From a virus (Duplodnaviria > Caudoviricetes), in IMG/VR virus record IMGVR_UViG_3300042319_001168, positions 1 to 34,908 of that record: a stretch of DNA of 34,908 bases; one strand, written 5' to 3'. The notes beneath the pieces were generated by a model. It saw only the letters and a program-made list of their open reading frames with translations. It did not search any database and was not told where the DNA came from. The translations under genes were made by a program, and so were the position numbers. This document shows, in pieces, positions 26,330 to 34,908 of the stretch (position 1 is its first letter; the number at the start of each line of letters is the position of its first letter).

Positions 26330-26927
26330 AGACAACATGGCTTTAATGGCACGATACCCCGATAAGTATTTCGATTTGGCTATTGTTGACCCTCCGTATG
26401 GGTTGGGTGAAAAGTTAACGCAAGGTGGAACTTGGGCAAAGAAGTGGCAAAAAAAGGGTTCTGACTGGGATTTTATTCCTGACGAAAAATATTTCAAAGA
26501 GTTATTCAGGGTGTCGGTAAATTGGATAGTTTGGGGAGGTAATTACTTCATTGAACATTTGCCAAACAGTAGGTGCTTTGTAGTTTGGCACAAACCATAC
26601 ATGGACGGAATGCACACGATGAGCAATGTAGAATTAGCACTTACTTCTTTTGATAAAAATTCAAAAAAAATATCTTTAAACAAAGATTTAGGAATAGAAG
26701 AAAGGGTACACGTCACACAAAAACCAGTCGCACTTTACAAATGGCTACTTGACAAATACGCAAAACAGGGTGATAAAATACTCGACACACATTTAGGTAG
26801 CGGAAGTATCGCAATAGCTTGCCATGATTACGGATTTGATTTGACAGCTTGCGAATTGGATAAAGAGTACTTTGATGCAGCAATGAAACGAATTAATAAC
26901 CATACCAAACAAATAAAACTATTTTAA
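26310..26927 (+). CDS. Beta-class N4-C/N6-A DNA methyltransferase
   Basis: 'IVDPPY' precedes 'HVTQKP' and 'LDTHLGSGS'. Confidence 0.92.
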   Translation: MLTITNEDNMALMARYPDKYFDLAIVDPPYGLGEKLTQGGTWAKKWQKKGSDWDFIPDEKYFKELFRVSVNWIVWGGNYFIEHLPNSRCFVVWHKPYMDGMHTMSNVELALTSFDKNSKKISLNKDLGIEERVHVTQKPVALYKWLLDKYAKQGDKILDTHLGSGSIAIACHDYGFDLTACELDKEYFDAAMKRINNHTKQIKLF

Positions 26928-26928
26928 C

Positions 26929-27165
26929 ATGATAGACATTCGCAAAGCACTCAGTCAAAGGTGCTACATTAAGTTCGACACAAATCAGCAGCTATGCAAG
27001 TTCCTAACAGACAACAATTTAACAACCTTTCTAGGGATTGCAGATAACGAAACAATAATAAGCGTACATCTTGACAATGACCTTATTAGCCTTGCAAAGA
27101 AAGTAGACCACGACATACCAACTTACCACCACACCGAGTTAACAATAACAGACGATGGAGAATAA
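26929..27165 (+). CDS. Hypothetical protein
   Basis: Operon packing. Confidence 0.55.
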   Translation: MIDIRKALSQRCYIKFDTNQQLCKFLTDNNLTTFLGIADNETIISVHLDNDLISLAKKVDHDIPTYHHTELTITDDGE

Positions 27166-27343
27166 CAGATACCGCCTAAAAGAAGATAAGGTACTAGGCA
27201 AAATTAAGGTAGCAAGTAAGGGGGATGTAGTAACGGTGGTATGTATGCATGAGGGTGCAGACGGTATGTTTTGCAAAGTAAGCCGAGAAAAAGACGATAA
27301 TTTATTTATAGTATCAACAAAACTTTTAACACCAATAATTTAA
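27155..27343 (+). CDS. Small SH3-like hypothetical protein
   Basis: 'YRLKED...KGDVVTV'. Confidence 0.5.
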   Translation: MENNRYRLKEDKVLGKIKVASKGDVVTVVCMHEGADGMFCKVSREKDDNLFIVSTKLLTPII

Positions 27344-27369
27344 CCGCCAATAGGCACAAAACAAACAAT

Positions 27370-27759
27370 ATGAGTAGCTTTAATCTAACAGGCACACTGA
27401 TTGCCAAATCTGAAACACAACAGGTATCAGATAAGTTTAAGAAACGTGAATTTGTCTTAATGACAGTAGAAAACGTAAACGGTACGGAATACCCAAATCC
27501 ACTCAAAATGCAAGCCGTACAGGCGAAGTGTGATGTGTTGGATAAGTACGCAATCGGCAGCCAAGTATCGGTATCGTTCAATGTAAAGGGCAACAGCTAT
27601 GTTGACAAAAAAGATGGTAGCACTAAGTACATTGTAAATTTGGATATGTGGAAAATTGAGCCAGTAGCAGCCAGTACCACAGCACCACAGCAGCAGCAAA
27701 GCGCACCAGTAGAAAACCAACAAGCTATGCAACAAGCTATAGATAAACTACCATTTTAA
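27370..27759 (+). CDS. Single-stranded DNA-binding protein (DUF3127-type)
   Basis: 'FKKREFV', 'VSFNVKG', Q-rich linker, C-terminal 'DKLPF'. Confidence 0.85.
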   Translation: MSSFNLTGTLIAKSETQQVSDKFKKREFVLMTVENVNGTEYPNPLKMQAVQAKCDVLDKYAIGSQVSVSFNVKGNSYVDKKDGSTKYIVNLDMWKIEPVAASTTAPQQQQSAPVENQQAMQQAIDKLPF

Positions 27760-27798
27760 CACCCTATAAACCCTATCATTATCTAAACACACACAACT

Positions 27799-29307
27799 AT
27801 GTTCACACTAAGAGATTATCAATTAGAAAATGTACTTGAAGTAGCACATGCGGTACACAATTACAAGCGTATAATTAACTGCATTGCTACAGGTGGAGGT
27901 AAAACTAAGATAGCCATATCCATTACCAACAGAGCATTAAGCAAGGGTAAAACAGTGCTATTTATAACGGAAAGTGATAAGATATACAAGCAGTTAGATG
28001 CTGAAATAACAGACACAACCAACATCAACAGCACTGCAAAACTTAGCTACTTAGCACCTAATCGCTTATATCTTGCAATGGCACAAACATTAGCACGTAG
28101 GGCAGAACTGATTAAACAGTTCGCTACTATGGGTAACAGCCTATTAATTATCAATGATGAAGCGCACGTAGGCACAGCTACAAAACTACTACTACAGCTA
28201 CCACATGCACTACTGATAGGGCTTACAGCTACCCCAGCTATGAAGTGGGCAAAACACCTACCAACGCTATACAATTCAATAGTAGTAGGCAAACAGCCTG
28301 AATGGTTAGTAGCTAACAACTACCTTATAAAGTATCAACATGCACAGGTAACAGCAGCAAATTTAAATAGTCTGCAAATCAAAGCAGGGGAGTTTACAGA
28401 GGAAAGCCAAGAACGTATTTTTGACACCGTTAATTCACACCAGTTTGTACTACAGCACCTACGCCAATACAGGTACACTAAATGTATGATATTTTGCGCA
28501 TCAATCAAATCGGCAGAGTCATTACATTCGTACCTGACCCAACAAGGCTATAAAGTTTGTACACAACATAGCAAATACGAAATACGTAGTGAATCAGTAC
28601 AGGCATACGAATTAGCACAATTTACAAACCTACATAGCGGTGTAAATATTTGTATCAGCATTGCATCAATGAATAAGGGCTTTGACTTTCCGCCAGTTGA
28701 CTTAATACTACTATACAGAGCAACTACAAGCCTACCATTATACTTGCAGATGTGTGGCAGGGCAAGCCGTACAAGCCCCGACACAGGTAAAGCAATGTGG
28801 ACTGTACTTGATTACGGGGGTAACGGTAAGCGACATGGCAGATGGGATTACCCATGTATAAACGGTGAGCCAGTAGACTGGAATGTAGTTTGGAACACCA
28901 TACCAAAAAAACGTGAAGGGGTAGCACCGATAAAAGAATGTCCGAAATGTAAATACCTATTGCCAATATTAGCACAAGAATGTAGTAATTGTGGGCATGT
29001 GTTTGTGAAAACAAAGCAGCCCAACGAGATTGAGCAGGTGCATATTGTTATGTTGGAGCAGCAAAACGCACAACTTAAAGAGATTAAAGGTAAACGCCTA
29101 TCACAACTAACCCCGATTGAACTTGCTAACTATGCAAAAATTAAAGATAAGAAACCGTATGCTGCAAGGGTAGCGAAAGCCTTAACACTTACTACCCCTA
29201 CATATATCTATGAGTACGCTAAAGCTATGGGATATAAAGAAAGTTGGGCAGATTTCAACGCACCAAGTTACGGAGAAAGAATTGATTTTTTCGACAAAAT
29301 AGTTTAA
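27799..29307 (+). CDS. SF2 DEAH helicase with Zn finger
   Basis: 'LRDYQ', 'TGGGKT', 'DEAH', 'LTATP', 'QMCGRASR', CPKC...CSNC. Confidence 0.92.
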   Translation: MFTLRDYQLENVLEVAHAVHNYKRIINCIATGGGKTKIAISITNRALSKGKTVLFITESDKIYKQLDAEITDTTNINSTAKLSYLAPNRLYLAMAQTLARRAELIKQFATMGNSLLIINDEAHVGTATKLLLQLPHALLIGLTATPAMKWAKHLPTLYNSIVVGKQPEWLVANNYLIKYQHAQVTAANLNSLQIKAGEFTEESQERIFDTVNSHQFVLQHLRQYRYTKCMIFCASIKSAESLHSYLTQQGYKVCTQHSKYEIRSESVQAYELAQFTNLHSGVNICISIASMNKGFDFPPVDLILLYRATTSLPLYLQMCGRASRTSPDTGKAMWTVLDYGGNGKRHGRWDYPCINGEPVDWNVVWNTIPKKREGVAPIKECPKCKYLLPILAQECSNCGHVFVKTKQPNEIEQVHIVMLEQQNAQLKEIKGKRLSQLTPIELANYAKIKDKKPYAARVAKALTLTTPTYIYEYAKAMGYKESWADFNAPSYGERIDFFDKIV

Positions 29308-29312
29308 CTTTG
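29305..29312 (+). promoter_or_regulatory. -7 promoter element upstream of the primase leader
   Basis: TAACTTTG with TTG 20 nt upstream. Confidence 0.6.
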
Positions 29313-29317
29313 CAGAC

Positions 29318-29407
29318 CACTAGCGGCAACTAGTGACAAAGATATTATAACTAACCTTTAGTGGGGGATGCTTTGCCGAGCTGAACCCATTAAAGGTTAA
29401 TTTTTTT
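29318..29407 (+). ncRNA. Two-hairpin kissing-loop RNA or attenuator candidate
   Basis: Loop CGGCAA is complementary to loop TTGCCG; the second hairpin is followed by T7. Confidence 0.65.
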
Positions 29408-29479
29408 AACATACTCGCACCGTACCCACTACAAGGGAGAGGTTATATTTCCTAACTAAATTACTAATATTTTTACACA

Positions 29480-31987
29480 ATGCAAGAACTATCTGCCGTA
29501 TTCGGGCAAGTACAGGAATTATTATCTGCTGGTATATCCATTGTACCAGTACGTGACAAAGCAGAAACAAAACAAGATGGAACTATCATACCTGCTAAAG
29601 TTGCCTATTCAGGTTGGAAACAATACCAATCTAATATAATTAGCAAAGAGGCGTTATGGTACGAGATGGATAAGCATAATACTACAGCTATTGCTATGGT
29701 ATGCGGTGCAGTATCTGGTAACTTAGAGATAATAGACATAGACTGTAAGCACTGGAACGGTATAGATGGTAGACTTTTTAGCGATATACGCCAAATATAC
29801 CCCGAACTATGGTACAGGCTGCGCATACACAAAACACCGTCAGGGGGCTATCACATACTATACAGAATTGCAGACGGTAAAGCGCAAGGGAATAAAAAAT
29901 TGGCATGGAAAGCAGATGTTAAAGAATGTGGTATTGAAACAAGGGGAGAAGGTGGTTACGCACTCGCACCGCCATCAATGGGCTATTCCATACATCAGGG
30001 TGCTAACATACCACTAATCACACAATCAGAGCGTGATAGCTTGATTAATCTTTGCATCAGCTACAACCAACGCATAAAGGCAGAAGTAAGCTACAAGCCC
30101 ACTAAAAAACAGACTGACTACTACGATGAAAACCCATTCGACCATTTTAACGGTAGCATAGCAGCAGAGGACATATTAACAGCTAATGGTTATAAGATAT
30201 TTAATGACCATGATATGTACCGCAGGTGGACACGACCTAACAGAAATGAAGGGGGCGTATCTGTAACATTTCGCAAAGATTACCGATTATATTATTTTTT
30301 TACCACCAGTACCGAATTTGAGGCGGGCAAATGGTTAACACCAGCAGCAGTACTATGTACTTTACAATTCGGTGGTGACTACAAAAAACTATACCGTCAC
30401 TTAGTAGATAGTGGATATGGTAAAATTAAACATGAACATGAACAACGGATAATTAAGACCGCTACAGCCTATAATACCCCTACACCTGCTAACATATCAG
30501 ATGAGGCAAAGCAGTTTGTACAGGACATACTACAAAAGGCTACAGAAACGCACCCACATGGCATATTTTGGGCGATAAATGACAAGGGCGGCACATACAT
30601 CAGCCGAGAAAAATTGTACACCGTATCGCATGGCTTAGGCTATCGCTTACATAAAGAAGATGTAACCAAAATACAAGGGTACAAAATATGTCGTACCGAT
30701 GCACGTACATACTTTGATGAATTAAAATCATACATACATATCGAAGATGCCGAAGAGTATGAAACAGTTTTTAATGCGTTAGATGAATTTATCCAAAAGT
30801 CAGGCAAACATATTATTGCCAGCCTACCCATATTAGATACATCAGTCATACTGACCCCCACTAAACACCTATCATATAAGTTCTATAACAACTGCTATGC
30901 TACTATTGATAAAGATGGAGTTGAAGTGCTACCCTACAGCAATCTACCAGCTAACAAATTAATATGGGAAAACAAAATACAACTACGTGACCTAACAGTA
31001 ACAACAGATAACACCCATAAAAATTCACTTTATTACAAATATCTTGACCTATCAGTTAGTGTTACACCGCACGTATTGCAATGTATTGGCTATCTATGCC
31101 ACGAATTTAAAGACGAATCAGACGCATATATAGTAGTATTAGTTGAGCAATGTCCCGACCCAAAGTCAGGGGGCGGTAGCGGTAAAAACATATTTAGCAA
31201 TATGCTTAAATACGCTACAAGTGTTAAGAACCTGCCAGGAAGTCAAGTAGTATTAGATAAGGATTTTTTGCAGTCATGGGACTACGAAAAAGTACTATCA
31301 ATATCAGATGTGCCGAAAAAGTTTGATTTCCTATTTCTTAAAGAACTGTCAAGCGGTAACGGTATCAACAAAAAGTTATTCAAAAATATTAGTACCGTTG
31401 ATGTGGGAGATATGCCTAAGCTATTAGTCAGCACAAATTACAGTTATGAGGTGTCAGACGGTGGTTTAAGGCGTAGAATTATACCGATTGAATTTACTGA
31501 CTTTTTTACAAAAGCAGGTGGCGTAAATACCCACTTTGGCAAGATGTTTCCTACCGACTGGACTACCGAAGATTGGCAAGCCTACGACAACATTATCCTT
31601 GCATCTATTCAGCAGTGGCTCAAGGTCATGAGGCTTACAGCCCCACAATTAACGGAAGGTGGGTGGCAAAAACAATTTGAACAAGAGTACGGATTATTAA
31701 CTTTACAGTTCATAGAGGAAAATATTACAGAATGGAAACTTATAAAAAAAGTGCAAGTTAAAGCGTTCAATAACACCTACGATACCTTTTATTCTGATAA
31801 TGGGGGTAATAAATTGTATAAGTTATCATCTATACGGCTTAATTCAGCACTAGAAAGCTATTGTCAAAAACATGAAATACACTTTGAAAAACAAGTGCTA
31901 ATCAAAGAAAATGGTATAGTTGATAGATATAAGTTATTTGATAGTCCCGAAAAAAATAGCAATTTAGCAGCGGAAGTGCCATTTTAA
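29480..31987 (+). CDS. Prim-Pol primase fused to a P-loop helicase domain
   Basis: 'IIDIDCK', 'KTPSGGYHILY', 'IETRGEGGYALAPPS'; Walker A 'GGSGKN'; 'STNY', 'LRRRI'. Confidence 0.9.
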   Translation: MQELSAVFGQVQELLSAGISIVPVRDKAETKQDGTIIPAKVAYSGWKQYQSNIISKEALWYEMDKHNTTAIAMVCGAVSGNLEIIDIDCKHWNGIDGRLFSDIRQIYPELWYRLRIHKTPSGGYHILYRIADGKAQGNKKLAWKADVKECGIETRGEGGYALAPPSMGYSIHQGANIPLITQSERDSLINLCISYNQRIKAEVSYKPTKKQTDYYDENPFDHFNGSIAAEDILTANGYKIFNDHDMYRRWTRPNRNEGGVSVTFRKDYRLYYFFTTSTEFEAGKWLTPAAVLCTLQFGGDYKKLYRHLVDSGYGKIKHEHEQRIIKTATAYNTPTPANISDEAKQFVQDILQKATETHPHGIFWAINDKGGTYISREKLYTVSHGLGYRLHKEDVTKIQGYKICRTDARTYFDELKSYIHIEDAEEYETVFNALDEFIQKSGKHIIASLPILDTSVILTPTKHLSYKFYNNCYATIDKDGVEVLPYSNLPANKLIWENKIQLRDLTVTTDNTHKNSLYYKYLDLSVSVTPHVLQCIGYLCHEFKDESDAYIVVLVEQCPDPKSGGGSGKNIFSNMLKYATSVKNLPGSQVVLDKDFLQSWDYEKVLSISDVPKKFDFLFLKELSSGNGINKKLFKNISTVDVGDMPKLLVSTNYSYEVSDGGLRRRIIPIEFTDFFTKAGGVNTHFGKMFPTDWTTEDWQAYDNIILASIQQWLKVMRLTAPQLTEGGWQKQFEQEYGLLTLQFIEENITEWKLIKKVQVKAFNNTYDTFYSDNGGNKLYKLSSIRLNSALESYCQKHEIHFEKQVLIKENGIVDRYKLFDSPEKNSNLAAEVPF

Positions 31988-31990
31988 GCA

Positions 31991-32316
31991 AAAGGTAACA
32001 AACTTCCTTGTTACCTTTTCAAAGTTTGTTACCAAGTTTGTTACCGATAAGCCTTTGATTATCAATGACTTATACAAAAGGTAACAGAGTTACAGACTTT
32101 TTTACTTAATTACGTGTATAGAGAAAAAAAAAGAAGAGAGTAGTAAAAGCAAAAAATAAAAGGGCTGCAACTTTTTTTATTATTATAGAATGCTATGAAA
32201 AATGGGTAAAAGTTTGTTACCCGACGTTTTGGGCGAAAAAAGCACTGATTATCAATGAGTTAGCGGTAACAAAGTTGCAAAAAAAAGGTAACAAAGTTGG
32301 TCAAAGTTTGTTACCC
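31991..32316. repeat. Putative replication origin with iterons
   Basis: Nine GGTAACA/TGTTACC copies, two TGATTATCAATGA boxes, A/T tracts in the centre; directly after the primase gene. Confidence 0.75.
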
Positions 32317-32371
32317 AACATTTAAATAACAAAACACAATTAAAGCTAAAATAACTTTTACACTTAGAGCA

Positions 32372-32752
32372 ATGACAAAACAACAACTACTCGAACAAGA
32401 TGCAATAGGGTGGGCATCAGAAGATAAACTACAAGCCGCATGTTACCAGTGGGCGCATAATACCTATCCCGAAATAAGAGGTACATTATTCAGTGTGCCG
32501 AATGGTGGGTACAGGAACAAAATTGAGGTAATGAAAATGAAAGCGACAGGGCTTACATCAGGTGTACCTGATATGCTTTGTGTGTACGGTGGTAAATTAA
32601 CGGCAATAGAGCTGAAAAATGGGGCGAATGGTGTACTTAGTAGGGAACAGAAAGAACTACACCTTATTTGGGCTAATAATGGGCATTACGTGCATGTTTG
32701 CAGAACGGCAAGTGATTGGATAAATGTAATTGAAACAATACTCAACAATTAG
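32372..32752 (+). CDS. VRR-NUC nuclease
   Basis: 'SEDKLQ', 'SVPNGG.R', 'GVPDM', 'IELK', 'LSREQ'. Confidence 0.9.
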   Translation: MTKQQLLEQDAIGWASEDKLQAACYQWAHNTYPEIRGTLFSVPNGGYRNKIEVMKMKATGLTSGVPDMLCVYGGKLTAIELKNGANGVLSREQKELHLIWANNGHYVHVCRTASDWINVIETILNN

Positions 32753-32755
32753 GGC

Positions 32756-33067
32756 ATGAAAACACAAATCAGAATAAGCCGACAAGACCGAGAAAACGTG
32801 CTAAACAAGTATGGGTGCAAATGTGCATATTGCGGTAATGCGTTAAGTATGCAAATTCTAAAACTAGACAGCACTAATAACCAGTTATATCCAAGCTGCA
32901 TGAGGTGTAAAAGGCGTAAGGGGAGTAAGAGTATTCAACAGTTTAGATTTCATATTCGGGTACAGCACGACAAACTAAGGGAACTGAATTCTAAATTTAC
33001 TTTGTGTTTAGATTATGGCTTAGTAACCGATGTAACAAACGATGTAATTTTCCACTTTGAAAAATAG
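32756..33067 (+). CDS. Degenerate HNH-like Zn-finger protein
   Basis: CAYCG and CMRC..RKG are present; catalytic His and Asn are absent. Confidence 0.65.
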   Translation: MKTQIRISRQDRENVLNKYGCKCAYCGNALSMQILKLDSTNNQLYPSCMRCKRRKGSKSIQQFRFHIRVQHDKLRELNSKFTLCLDYGLVTDVTNDVIFHFEK

Positions 33068-33120
33068 GCGAAATAAGGCGTTATAATTACAAACCTATAT
33101 CTATATACCATTTAACTAAA

Positions 33121-33152
33121 AAACCCCCGTAATCGAAAGATTAGGGGGGTTT
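33121..33152. terminator. Bidirectional terminator
   Basis: AAACCCCC-G-TAATC GAAA GATTA-G-GGGGGTTT between convergent genes. Confidence 0.8.
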
Positions 33153-33156
33153 AAAG

Positions 33157-33459
33157 CTATATTGCGGTGGTCATACTATCAACCCACTTTTGAACGCTAC
33201 CATGTTTACTGATTATGTTAGCTTTTACAGTGGGTTTTATTCTTATTGTGGTAATCTCTTTTGGTGCGTTACCGTCTGATTTGCGTTGTTCGGCTCGGAT
33301 AATCTGCCAAGCCCTATTCCATGCCTTAGCCTCGCTTTGTTGTTTAGGTAGCCAATTAGCATTTATTATTATCAAAAATGTGTTTGTGTTTAGTTCCTTA
33401 CAAACCGCATCGGGGTAAACTTGTAAAACCTTTACTTTACTTATGATTGTTCTAGGCAT
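33157..33459 (-). CDS. Hypothetical protein with C-terminal RHH-like region
   Basis: 'KEITTIRIKPTVKANIISKHGSVQKWVD'. Confidence 0.6.
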   Translation of the reverse strand: MPRTIISKVKVLQVYPDAVCKELNTNTFLIIINANWLPKQQSEAKAWNRAWQIIRAEQRKSDGNAPKEITTIRIKPTVKANIISKHGSVQKWVDSMTTAI

Positions 33460-33530
33460 GTTAGTAGTTTTGGATTAGTGCCGCAAGTAGCAGCAGCGTT
33501 AAGAATATTATTATTTTGCGTATCATGTGG

Positions 33531-33965
33531 TTAAATTGTTTCGTCTGAAAATATTACATGGCATTTCATTTCGTTATCTATCTCGGTGTATAGGGCTTGT
33601 ATTTTATTTCTTAACTCATCTCTATATGCTTTATCGTCTGCAAATACTTCTATCAGATTTGCGTCTAATCCCAGTGTGTAATAGTAAGGGCGTATGCCTA
33701 CACTCATGTCACCTCTAAACTCTATTGTAGCACTAAATGTATCAGACCCTAGTATCTCTACATTCAATGTAATACCCCTATCATTTTGCGTGTAGCACCA
33801 AATTTTGTAGCCGTTTTGAAAGTCTACATAAATGCAAACATCTGGAGTGTTGTTAAGTAATATGTCAACTATTACACCTGCCATGTTGTTAAACATATCA
33901 GAGTCGACAACATTTGCCCCTGTTATTACTCTTACTTTTTGCCCTACTTTAAATTGTGTGTTCAT
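33531..33965 (-). CDS. Hypothetical protein with N-terminal KOW/SH3-like motif
   Basis: 'FKVGQKVRVITG...GVIV'; start moved to 33965, after an AAACACACA leader. Confidence 0.6.
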   Translation of the reverse strand: MNTQFKVGQKVRVITGANVVDSDMFNNMAGVIVDILLNNTPDVCIYVDFQNGYKIWCYTQNDRGITLNVEILGSDTFSATIEFRGDMSVGIRPYYYTLGLDANLIEVFADDKAYRDELRNKIQALYTEIDNEMKCHVIFSDETI

Positions 33966-34041
33966 AAAATGTGTGTTTTGTTTTGCCCACAATAGCCGCC
34001 TGAATTAACAGAGCGGCTCGGTGGGGGAGTGTAAGATTGTA

Positions 34042-34548
34042 TTATGCGTTTACTGTATTTTGTGCATATTCCAGAACATCAGAAGGTAAGTATCCGCTAT
34101 AGTCAGCTATTAGCTGTAATTGTGCATCGGAACAATCTTTAAGATAGCAAGTGAAAGTAGTATCATATTGATTGTCTATGTTTATGCTGCCAATACCAGT
34201 AGCTTCATCTTCTGTAGTCAAACCTACTATTTCACCGTTATCGGCAACATAAACCAACGCACCCAAATCAAGACCTGTACGTGATTTGAATTTTGCAGCC
34301 AAATTAAGGTCGTTATCGCTATCCATTACCTCAATGTATGCAGCTTGCAGGTTCTCACGATTACCGATAGCTTTCCATACTTTCATGGCGTTTTCAAATG
34401 CCAAATTTAAATCGCTTGTAAAGTAACCTATATTTTTGCAGCCCAAAAAGGTAACGTGACCTGCATTGTAAAATTGTCCGCCTCTACCAATGTGAAAGGC
34501 TACTATTGTGTTTTCTATTGTCTGTGTGTTTGTTGTCTGTGTGTTCAT
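34042..34548 (-). CDS. Hypothetical early protein
   Basis: 'VAFHIGRGGQFYNAGH'; TACTTTTA element at 34577-34570. Confidence 0.65.
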   Translation of the reverse strand: MNTQTTNTQTIENTIVAFHIGRGGQFYNAGHVTFLGCKNIGYFTSDLNLAFENAMKVWKAIGNRENLQAAYIEVMDSDNDLNLAAKFKSRTGLDLGALVYVADNGEIVGLTTEDEATGIGSINIDNQYDTTFTCYLKDCSDAQLQLIADYSGYLPSDVLEYAQNTVNA

Positions 34549-34651
34549 AACTATGTGTGTTTGTGATTGTAAAAGTAATACACTTTGAATTAATAACCTA
34601 ATTTATTTTGAAAAGTTTTGCAGTTGTACGGATGCTGCACCCCGAAATAAG

Positions 34652-34873
34652 TTAATCCACATAGCAGTAACTAATTGCTACTATCGGCATAAAATTCTTA
34701 TCAAAACTTTTATAAAGTCTAAATAATTTAGCACCAGTATTGGTATCAAAACCTTCAAACATTAGGTTTGCGCAATCGCTTGCGGCTACTAAATTTGATG
34801 TGCTATTACATTTGTTATCAGCTATTATTTTTGCTGAATTGATTTGAGCGGTAGTAAATGTTGTCTGTGTCAT
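34652..34873 (-). CDS. Hypothetical early protein
   Basis: AAACACACA leader; TAACTTTG at 34904-34897. Confidence 0.6.
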   Translation of the reverse strand: MTQTTFTTAQINSAKIIADNKCNSTSNLVAASDCANLMFEGFDTNTGAKLFRLYKSFDKNFMPIVAISYCYVD

Positions 34874-34908
34874 TGTGTGTTTGTTTAATTTTTATCAAAG
34901 TTAATTCA

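Larger units (their letters stand above)
1..34908. mobile_element. Tailed phage genome fragment (lambda-like head, Mu-like contractile-tail baseplate), probable Bacteroidota host
   Basis: Portal, capsid, baseplate, lysis and replication modules throughout; no host housekeeping genes; Bacteroidota promoter consensus recurs. Confidence 0.95.

Noticed and set aside
24632-26927. Restriction-modification system
   Set aside because: No cognate endonuclease is adjacent; orphan methyltransferases are common in phage replication modules.
31991-32316. CRISPR array
   Set aside because: Repeats are 7-13 bp, in both orientations and irregularly spaced; no cas genes.
1-34908. Stop-codon reassignment
   Set aside because: Conserved genes are full length in the standard code, and TAA, TAG and TGA all end genes.

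Overview
This AT-rich window is a fragment of a tailed dsDNA phage. The host is most likely a Bacteroidota: there are many TTTG-N19-21-TAnnTTTG promoters, few recognisable Shine-Dalgarno sites, a DUF3127-type SSB and a Q-rule signal peptide. Layout: (1) 1-15.3 kb + strand virion genes, with a Mu-like baseplate block followed by a lambda-like head block (gpW, portal, Clp protease, decoration protein, major capsid) that is interrupted by two methyltransferase and two glycosyltransferase genes. (2) 15.3-18.4 kb lysis genes and a metallophosphoesterase. (3) 18.4-22 kb divergent clusters of small early genes. (4) 22-33.1 kb recombination, methylation and replication genes, with an iteron-rich putative origin. 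(5) 33.1-34.9 kb minus-strand early genes. I recognise no terminase, sheath, tube, tape measure or integrase. The best candidate for a new system is a fibre-like protein with a Sec signal peptide and 12 Bacteroidota O-glycosylation sequons, encoded in the same virion region as fucosyl-/glycosyl-/O-methyltransferases. Other leads are a kissing-loop RNA before the primase, a tRNA-like RNA without an anticodon loop, and a lysis 3'UTR antisense to a leader motif shared by early genes. All calls come from reading motifs by eye; no searches were run.
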